Part shown: positions 17,701 to 24,454 of the stretch, piece by piece
Position numbering within the stretch: position 1 is the first letter of the stretch
Layout of the letters: each line of letters begins with the position of its first letter
NCBI GenBank assembly: GCA_900234795.1
Contig: LT962688.1
Coordinates: 690,001-722,000, forward strand
DNA from: Methylorubrum extorquens
GTDB taxonomy: Bacteria > Pseudomonadota > Alphaproteobacteria > Rhizobiales > Beijerinckiaceae
Reading direction: 5' to 3'
Length of the DNA: 32,000 bases
Program-made: the position numbers and the translations under genes
Notes under the pieces: generated by a model
The model's database searches: none
What the model saw: the letters and a program-made list of their open reading frames with translations, nothing else
Told to the model about the DNA's origin: nothing

Positions 17701-17936
17701 CCGCCATTGAGGGCGCGGCCGACCGTCTCGTGCCGATCCTGATGACGTCCCTCGTCACCGGCCTCGGGCTGTTGCCGCTGGCGCTCGGTGCGGGTGAACC
17801 CGGCCGCGAGATCGAGGGCCCGATGGCCCTGGTCATCCTCGGCGGCCTCGCGACCTCGACTTTGCTCAACCTGGCCGTGCTGCCGATGCTGGCCCTGCGC
17901 TTCGCCCGGTTCAAGCCCGCGGAAAGCGCGCTGTGA
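14742..17936 (+). CDS. efflux RND transporter permease subunit, CzcA/CusA-like (COG3696-type)
   Basis: 1064 aa from ATG 14742. Twelve-TM RND layout. N-terminus ...[27 protein letters not shown] and TM4 block [26 protein letters not shown]. Tightly coupled to the upstream adaptor. Confidence 0.9.
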   Translation: [1064 protein letters not shown]

Positions 17937-18017
17937 CCGTCGGACGGATGCGAGATCCCGCTTCCTATTCTGACGCAGCGCTGGCCCGCGGGCCCGTCAC
18001 GTACCCTTTTAAAACGT

Positions 18018-18041
18018 CTCCGGCGCCGTATGGCGCCGGAG
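18018..18041 (-). terminator. rho-independent terminator of the small minus-strand gene
   Basis: Perfect 10-bp stem CTCCGGCGCC-gtat-GGCGCCGGAG. On the minus strand it is followed by ACGTTTTAAAAG. It lies between the convergent pump gene and the 83-aa gene. Confidence 0.65.
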
Positions 18042-18078
18042 GCTCATCTGTTCCGTCTATCCGTCTCACGACGCCGGC

Positions 18079-18330
18079 TCAGAAGGCGGCCTGCCGGGTC
18101 CTCACCTGATCGGCGGGGGTGTCGATCCACTGGACCGAACCGGGGAGGGCGAAGCCGCCCTGGCGGTGGACCGAGAGATCGCTGGTGGCCACACCCTGAG
18201 TTTCGAGGGTCAGCGCGCCGACCGTCTTGACGTTGTGGGCGCCGCCGATTTCCGCGGCGCGGGCGGGCACCGTGGCAAGGGCGGTGAAGGCCAGCGCGGC
18301 GGTGGCGAGCGAGAGAAAGGTCTTGGACAT
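18079..18330 (-). CDS. small secreted hypothetical protein (83 aa)
   Basis: ATG 18330 with AAGAGG upstream. Signal peptide MSKTFLSLATAALAFTALATVPARA|AE. Divergent from the LysR gene. Confidence 0.65.
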   Translation of the reverse strand: MSKTFLSLATAALAFTALATVPARAAEIGGAHNVKTVGALTLETQGVATSDLSVHRQGGFALPGSVQWIDTPADQVRTRQAAF

Positions 18331-18426
18331 CGAGATCAGCCTCTTTTCGTGCGGCGGGCTCCCCGTCGCTTCGTGAGACTGTATGTGCTGGGTCATGGCC
18401 CATGAATCAAATGGATCGATTTCATA

Positions 18427-19386
18427 ATGCGCATCGATCACGTGCATCTTTCCCGGCTCGATCTCAACCTGCTCGTCGCCCTCGACGCGCTGCTGACGGA
18501 GCGGAGCGTGACCCGCGCAGCCGGACGGATCGGCATCAGCCAGTCGGCGATGAGCCATGCCCTGGCGCGGCTGCGCACCGCCTTCTCGGATGAGCTGCTG
18601 ACGCGGGGGCCCGACGGCATGCGGCCGACGCCGCGCGCGCTGGCGCTCATCGGGCCGGTGCAGGCGGCACTGTCCCAAATTCAGGAGATTACGACGCCGC
18701 CGGCTGCCTTCGATCCGGCCACGGCCGACCTCACCTTCACCCTCGGCATCCCGGACTCGACCGAGGTGCTCCTGATGCCGACCCTCATCGCGCATCTGCA
18801 GGCGGTGGCACCGGGGGTGAAGCTCCTACTGCACACGGTCGATCGGCACCGCATCCTCGACGACCTCGATACGGGGCGGGTCGATCTCGGCATCGGCGTG
18901 TTCGAGCAGGGCCAGACGCACCACAAGCGCCGCATCCTCAACAAGGAAAGCTACCTCTGCATCTTCAACGCCGAGCTGGTCGGGGTGACGGCGCCGATCT
19001 CGCTCGACGACTACGTGCGGCTCCCGCACCTGCTCACGAGCTTGGTCGAGAGCGCCCACGGCGTGGTGGACGACGCGCTCGCCAAGATCGGCCGCAAGCG
19101 CGTCATCGCGCTGACCTCGCCGCGGTTCTCGGTGATGCCCTTCGTGGTGCGGCAGGCCCCCGTCATCGCCACGATGCACGCCCGGCTCGCGCGCTTCTTC
19201 GCCGACAGCATGGGCCTGACCGTGAGCCCGGCACCGATCACGCTGCCGGACGTCTCCATCTCAATGATCTGGCATACGTCCAACGACGCCATTCCCAGTC
19301 AGCGCTGGCTGCGGGAGACCATCATAAAGCTTCGGAAATCCGATCCCCGGCCGCCGACCGACGGCTCTCACACGACACCCGATTAA
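18427..19386 (+). CDS. LysR family transcriptional regulator
   Basis: N-terminal HTH LDLNLLVALDALLTERSVTRAAGRIGISQSAMSHALARLR, followed by a LysR substrate-binding domain of about 200 aa. Confidence 0.9.
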   Translation: MRIDHVHLSRLDLNLLVALDALLTERSVTRAAGRIGISQSAMSHALARLRTAFSDELLTRGPDGMRPTPRALALIGPVQAALSQIQEITTPPAAFDPATADLTFTLGIPDSTEVLLMPTLIAHLQAVAPGVKLLLHTVDRHRILDDLDTGRVDLGIGVFEQGQTHHKRRILNKESYLCIFNAELVGVTAPISLDDYVRLPHLLTSLVESAHGVVDDALAKIGRKRVIALTSPRFSVMPFVVRQAPVIATMHARLARFFADSMGLTVSPAPITLPDVSISMIWHTSNDAIPSQRWLRETIIKLRKSDPRPPTDGSHTTPD

Positions 19387-19563
19387 TCCCTTCGGGATGG
19401 CGGATGTCGGCGTCGCTCGAGCGCCGTGGGCTTCCCGCATCAGCCGTGGATCAGCGTGATCGCTATATCAACGGCTTGAAGGCGGTCGCGAGCATCACGG
19501 TGACAGAGAGGGAAAGTGCGAGACGGCATCGTTCCCCGGCGGGAATGCGGTCTCGACAATGAA

Positions 19564-19640
19564 TGGTCGGAGTGGCCGGACTTGAACCGACGACCCCCTG
19601 TCCCCCAGACAGGTGCGCTACCGGGCTGCGCTACACTCCG
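19564..19640 (-). tRNA. tRNA-Pro (anticodon GGG), CCA encoded
   Basis: The reverse complement folds as a cloverleaf: acceptor CGGAGTG/CACTCCG, D stem GCGC/GCGC, anticodon stem CCTGT/ACAGG with loop CTGGGGG, T stem GTCGG/CCGGC with loop TTCAAGT, discriminator A, then CCA. Length 77 nt. Confidence 0.9.
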
Positions 19641-19959
19641 ACGCCCTTACGGCCCGCGGCTCATAGCGGTCCGCTTCGGACAGCGCAAGCCCTTCCGCGA
19701 TCGCCGAACCGCGAGGCGCGGTCTCGCACCCTGCGGATGAGACCTGTGCACGAGTACGCGCCGCCCCTCGAAATTTGATTCAGCGCATTGCTCGGCCGTA
19801 CGGCGTCGCGCAGGACGGCAGACAGGGCGCGCGCCGGCTCCCTGTGTCGTTGACTCCGCGCAGGCAACAGCGAAGCAACTTCAACGAAATTTACGAGCGC
19901 CCTTCTCAAAGGCGTAGCAACGACTTATCGTGATGAGAGTGCGATGATTTTGCCGGGCC

Positions 19960-20691
19960 ATGTCTAGAAAATCACTTGACCTGACGTTGGAAATTCTGAA
20001 GTCGCTCGATCGAGCGCATTCGCGTGAGGATATCCTGCGGGCCATCATGCCGCGGCTCAACGCGCTGGGCATCGAATACGTCATCTCGGCGATGATTCCT
20101 CTGAAACGCCTGCCGGCGCGAACACAGAAGAATTATCTTATTTTAGAGAATACTTCCGACGAGTGGAACCGGCTCTACTTTTCGAAAGGCTATATGTATA
20201 CGGACCCGGTCGTGCAGGCGACCCTGTCCAGCACGACCGGCTTCCGCTGGTCGGAGATCGAACCAGCGGGCGTGCTCGACCCCCGCTCGCGGCAGGTGAT
20301 GAACGAGGCCGGCGAGTTCGGCCTCGGCGACGGCTTCACCGTGCCGCTCGCCACGCTGGAGGAGGAGCGCGGCGGCCTCACCTTCGCCGGTCCGCAGCTC
20401 GATATCAGCCCGGGACAGCGCGGGATGCTCACCCTGCTCGCCTCCTACGTGGTCGGGCAGACGCTGCTGATTGACAACGGCCCCAGCGAACGCCGGATGG
20501 GACTGACCCCGCGCGAGCGCGAGAGCCTGCAATGGGTCGCCGAGGGCAAGACCGATTGGGAAATCGGCGAGCTGATGGGCATCTCGCGGCACGGCGTCGA
20601 TTTCCACCTGCGCTCCGCCCGGGTGAAACTCGGCTGCGTGTCCCGTACGCAAGCGGTGGCTGAAGGGTTCAGGCGCGGCCTGATCATCTGA
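19960..20691 (+). CDS. LuxR family quorum-sensing transcriptional regulator (autoinducer-binding + GerE HTH)
   Basis: 243 aa. The N-terminal autoinducer-binding-type region contains WNRLYFSKGYMYTDPVV...GFRWSE. C-terminal HTH: LTPRERESLQWVAEGKTDWEIGELMGISRHGVDFHLRSARVKLG. The 5' third is visibly AT-richer than its surroundings. Confidence 0.9.
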   Translation: MSRKSLDLTLEILKSLDRAHSREDILRAIMPRLNALGIEYVISAMIPLKRLPARTQKNYLILENTSDEWNRLYFSKGYMYTDPVVQATLSSTTGFRWSEIEPAGVLDPRSRQVMNEAGEFGLGDGFTVPLATLEEERGGLTFAGPQLDISPGQRGMLTLLASYVVGQTLLIDNGPSERRMGLTPRERESLQWVAEGKTDWEIGELMGISRHGVDFHLRSARVKLGCVSRTQAVAEGFRRGLII

Positions 20692-21098
20692 GCGGACCAG
20701 ACGGCGCCGCCATCCATGGCGTGACTCAGCTCGAATGAGCCCCTCGAAAGGGTGAGCCGCGGCGCGACCGAAGCACCGCGCGTGGCGAGCTTTCGAAAAC
20801 AGGCAATGCAAGATTGCATGTCCGGCACATCGCGCCCGGCGCGATATCCAGATCGCTGCACGGGGCGACGCCGTCCGCCGGCGCTCGGAGCCGAGCGGAC
20901 GCGGTGGAGGATCGCGCCGCACCGCTCATGACCACGGGAATGTGAGCCGCTCTTCCGCCGGCTGTCGGCAAGTTCTGTATTGTTTTACACATTCAATCCA
21001 AGATAGAGACGTGGGCCGCGCGATTTGCGAGAGTGGCGGAATAAGCGCTCGCGGACTGGCTTAATTCCCGAACGGCAAAAGGCCGCCCGAACGAAACC

Positions 21099-21114
21099 CT
21101 ACGGGTTCTCGTAG
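21099..21114 (+). promoter_or_regulatory. candidate lux-type box (CT-N12-AG dyad) upstream of luxI
   Basis: CTACGGGTTCTCGTAG has inverted arms CTACG/CGTAG. Its centre lies about 65 nt upstream of ATG 21172, which fits a -42.5-type site with a short leader. It abuts the perfect palindrome GTGCCGCGGCAC at 21114..21125. Confidence 0.3.
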
Positions 21115-21171
21115 TGCCGCGGCACGCCTGGATTTGAGACGAACACTTCAGGTTTCTGAAGAGGTGTTCCG

Positions 21172-21807
21172 ATGATCCATGTCGTCACCGCTGAAAACAT
21201 GCAGGACTATGCCGGTGCGCTCGATCAGGCTTTCCGCCTGAGACACCGTGTCTTCGTCGAAGAACTGGGCTGGTCCAACCTCGCCCGCCCGGACCGGCGC
21301 GAAATCGACGAGTTCGACGACGAGCACGCCATCCATCTCCTCGCTCTCGACGAAACCGAGTCCGTCATCGGTTACTCGCGCCTGTTGCCGACGACCCGGC
21401 CCTACCTGCTGCCGATGGTGTTGCCGCAGCTTTGCGAAGGGGCGGCGCCGTCGGGCGCGCATATCGTCGAATGGGGCCGCATCTGCGTCGCGGAATGCGC
21501 CCGGACTTCGGGCCGGCGGCTCAACCCGACGGCCCTGGCCCTGATGACGGCCATCGTCGAGTGGGGGCTGCCGCGGGGGATCACCAGCTTCATCTCCGAA
21601 ATGCCGACGAGCTGGATCCTGCGCCTCCTGCAACTGCACCTGCGCGCGATGCCCCTCGGCCTGCCCCACGAAATCGAGGGCGAGGAGATCGTCGCGGTCG
21701 AGGCGGCCTTCGACGGCCGCTCGCTGCGCCAGCTCCAGAACAAGCGCGGCGACATCCGCTCGGTGCTGGCCCCGCCGCGGGTCAGCTTCGCCCGGCTCGC
21801 TTCCTGA
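21172..21807 (+). CDS. acyl-homoserine-lactone synthase (LuxI family)
   Basis: 211 aa. ATG preceded by GAAGAGG. LuxI N-terminal block FRLRHRVFVEELGWSNLARPDRREIDEFDDEHAIHLLALD, then GYSRLLPTTRPYLL and EWGRICV. Confidence 0.9.
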   Translation: MIHVVTAENMQDYAGALDQAFRLRHRVFVEELGWSNLARPDRREIDEFDDEHAIHLLALDETESVIGYSRLLPTTRPYLLPMVLPQLCEGAAPSGAHIVEWGRICVAECARTSGRRLNPTALALMTAIVEWGLPRGITSFISEMPTSWILRLLQLHLRAMPLGLPHEIEGEEIVAVEAAFDGRSLRQLQNKRGDIRSVLAPPRVSFARLAS

Positions 21808-21979
21808 CGGACGCGGCGACGGGTGCGCCGCATCCGTCGCCGGACATCGGCACCGCGATCCAGCCGCCCTGGCAGGACGCAGCCATCACAAGCCTGACGC
21901 TTTGTGCGCGGGGAGTAGTACCTTGAAACGCAGACGCAGTGACGCCCGGTACGCAACGGCTCCGGGGCTCGCCGGAACC

Positions 21980-22528
21980 ATGACGACGCCTGGAATCGTC
22001 GGAACCTGGGAGTGGGATCCGGCGACTGGATGCTTCATCCTCGACGAGGGAGCCGCCGAGTTGATGGCGGGGGATGCCGGCCTTGCCGGACACCCCCTGC
22101 GCAGCGAACGGGCGACCGCGGGCCTTGATGCGTCGGTGGCTGCCCGCTTCCTCGGCGACGTCCGCCACGCCGCCGAGCAGGAGGACGACGTCGCGGTCGA
22201 TCTCTGGATTCCCTCACTCTCCGGACCCAAGCGCCGGCTTCTGTGCCGCGGCCGGATTCACCGGGACGCGCGGCAGCAACCCGTGCGCGGGGAGGGGACG
22301 CTGATCGACACCGCCGATCCCGGCGTGCAGGCACGGACCCTGCGGGAACTGGAACACGCGGCCGCGGCCGATGCCATCGACGAGGCTGCCGAACTCATCA
22401 TCGCGGCGCGCCGTGCGATCGATGCCAGCGGCAAGCCCCGGCTGCGCCAGCTCGTCGATGTCCTCCTGCTCGAGATCGCCCGGGAGATCGCGAGCCGCAG
22501 CAGCGAGCTGGATCGGCAACAGCATTAG
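21980..22528 (+). CDS. stand-alone PAS-like protein with C-terminal helical region (182 aa)
   Basis: The ATG 21980 start gives MTTPGIVGTWEWDPATGCFILDEGAAELMAG, a typical alphaproteobacterial PAS opening. G/C third-position bias. No output domain. Confidence 0.6.
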   Translation: MTTPGIVGTWEWDPATGCFILDEGAAELMAGDAGLAGHPLRSERATAGLDASVAARFLGDVRHAAEQEDDVAVDLWIPSLSGPKRRLLCRGRIHRDARQQPVRGEGTLIDTADPGVQARTLRELEHAAAADAIDEAAELIIAARRAIDASGKPRLRQLVDVLLLEIAREIASRSSELDRQQH

Positions 22529-22592
22529 ACCCGCGGCGAAAGGCCTGCAGCGATGACCTGGTGACGGTCGCCAGGATCACGGAATCCGGTCT

Positions 22593-23963
22593 ATGCAGCC
22601 GGCCATGCAAGCCTGTCTCGCCATCGACCTGACCCGTCTTATCACCCGGCTCCGTCATGCCAGCCCTACCGGCATCGACCGGGTCGATCTCGCCTATGCC
22701 CGGCACATCCTGTCCCAGGGCGCGGAGGGCACGCGCTTCGGGCTCGTCTCGACGGCGTACGGCCCGCGCGTCCTCGACCGCGCGACCGCGCGCGGCATCG
22801 TCGAGGCGGTCGCCGCGGGCTGGGTCGAGGACGTGGTCGCCGAGGCCGATCCGGTGTTTCAGGCGCTCGCGGCCTCGCTTGCGGGCGACGCCCACCCGCT
22901 GCCGAAGGCAGCGCGGCGCCGGGCGGAGGGCGGGCTCGATCGACGTCGCCTTCAGGCCGAAACCGGATTGCGGGTGCTGCGCTCGGGCGGCATCGAGCGC
23001 CTCCCCGAGGGAACGATCTATCTTCACACCTCGCACCTGCGGCTTGATCGGCCCGAACGCTTTGACTGGCTCTATACGCGGCGCGACGTGCGGCCGGTCT
23101 TCTTCGTCCACGACCTGATCCCGATCTCCCACCCCGAATACGGCCGGCCGGGCGAGGCCGAGCGCCACGCGATCCGGATGGAGACCGTGGCGCGCCACGC
23201 CGCGCATGTGCTCGTCAATTCGGGCGATGTCGGCGCCCGCTTCACGGATTACGCGCGGCAGCGGGGCCTGGGCCCGAAGCCGGTGACCGTGGTCCCCCTC
23301 GGCGTCGAGCCCGTCTTCTCGAGCGGCGTGGGCGAGGCGGGGCTGCCGGAGCTCGCGCGTCCGACCTTCCTCGTTTGCGGCACCATCGAGCCGCGCAAGA
23401 ACCACCTGCTGCTGCTCAACCTCTGGCGCGATCTCGTCGAGCGCAGCGCCGCAGAGACGGATGCGGCGACCCCGCGGCTCGTCCTGGTCGGCCGGCGCGG
23501 CTGGGAGATCGAGAACGTCGCCGACATGCTCGACCGCTGTGAGGCCATCCGTCCGCATGTGAGCGAGGTGGTCGGCCTGTCCACCCACGGCCTCGCGCGG
23601 TTGATGCGGGGCGCCACCGCCCTGCTGATGCCCTCCTTCATCGAAGGCTACGGCCTGCCGGTGGTCGAGGCCGCCGCCAGCGGCCTTCCGGTCGTCGCCT
23701 CCGACATCCCCGTCCACCGGGAGATCGGCGGCGGTTTCGCCCATTTCCTCGATCCGCTCGACGGACCGGGCTGGACGGCGGCGGTGCGGGCCTTGAGCGA
23801 ACCGGGCTCCCGGCTGCGGACGGAGCTGGCGGGGCGGCTCGCGGCCTACGAACCGCCGAGCTGGACCGCGCATTTCGAGCGGGTCGATGCCGCACTCGCC
23901 GGCCTGCCCGCCGCTGTTGCGCCGCACGGGCGAGAAGACTTAAGAAATCCCCGCTCGATGTGA
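22593..23963 (+). CDS. glycosyltransferase family 4 (GT-B, GT1 clan)
   Basis: Blocks GTIEPRKNHLLLLNLW and PSFIEGYGLPVVEAAASGLPVVASDIPVHREIGG (EX7E region). N-terminus SPTGIDRVDLAYARH. Confidence 0.85.
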   Translation: MQPAMQACLAIDLTRLITRLRHASPTGIDRVDLAYARHILSQGAEGTRFGLVSTAYGPRVLDRATARGIVEAVAAGWVEDVVAEADPVFQALAASLAGDAHPLPKAARRRAEGGLDRRRLQAETGLRVLRSGGIERLPEGTIYLHTSHLRLDRPERFDWLYTRRDVRPVFFVHDLIPISHPEYGRPGEAERHAIRMETVARHAAHVLVNSGDVGARFTDYARQRGLGPKPVTVVPLGVEPVFSSGVGEAGLPELARPTFLVCGTIEPRKNHLLLLNLWRDLVERSAAETDAATPRLVLVGRRGWEIENVADMLDRCEAIRPHVSEVVGLSTHGLARLMRGATALLMPSFIEGYGLPVVEAAASGLPVVASDIPVHREIGGGFAHFLDPLDGPGWTAAVRALSEPGSRLRTELAGRLAAYEPPSWTAHFERVDAALAGLPAAVAPHGREDLRNPRSM

Positions 23964-24011
23964 CCCGCCCCCTTCCGCGGCGGCTCCCTTCCCTTGGAAA
24001 GATCGGTTGCG

Positions 24012-24335
24012 ATGAAGGTGGTCGACCTCGACCGCGAGACGGTCAAGCAGGGCTTGGCGGACGGCTCGCTGCTGCTCATCGATGTGCGCGAGGATCATGA
24101 ATTCGCCCGCGGGCGCATTCCCGGCTCCGTCTCGCATCCGCTCTCGAGCTTCGACCCTGAAGCCTTGAAGGCGCTGATCGCGGCGGACGGGCGCCGGCCG
24201 GTCTTCTCCTGCGCCTCGGGCGTGCGCTCCGTCCATGCGATCGCCGCGGCGCAGCAATCCGGCCTCGATGTGAGCGAGCATTACGCGGGGGCCTTCAAGG
24301 ATTGGTACGCCGCCGGAGAACCGGTTGAATCCTAG
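24012..24335 (+). CDS. rhodanese-like sulfurtransferase domain protein
   Basis: 107 aa from ATG 24012. Contains LIDVREDHEFARGRIPGSVSHPL and the active-site loop CASGVRS. Confidence 0.85.
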   Translation: MKVVDLDRETVKQGLADGSLLLIDVREDHEFARGRIPGSVSHPLSSFDPEALKALIAADGRRPVFSCASGVRSVHAIAAAQQSGLDVSEHYAGAFKDWYAAGEPVES

Positions 24336-24454
24336 ATTCGGCACGCCTGCGTTGCAAAGCGTCGAACCGTTCCTTGCGTGACGGACCGTCATGTGCGGGA
24401 GCGCACGCCCCACTCGAGGTTGCGGGGACTAGGCCGCGCCATGCAGGGAACCGA

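Noticed and set aside
19387-19960. tRNA-Pro as the integration site of a genomic island carrying the QS genes.
   Set aside because: No integrase gene is present, and I could find no direct repeat of the tRNA 3' end anywhere in the window. The QS genes lie on the 5' side of the tRNA rather than the usual 3' side. The GC dip alone is insufficient.
20806-20819. Sigma-54-like GGCA...TTGCA arrangement (aGGCAatgcaagaTTGCAt), and the 10-mer caagattgca shared between 20809..20818 and 31466..31475.
   Set aside because: The GG-to-GC spacing is 12 nt instead of the required 10. The second site lacks a -24 element and is not palindromic. A single shared AT-rich 10-mer found post hoc is weak evidence.
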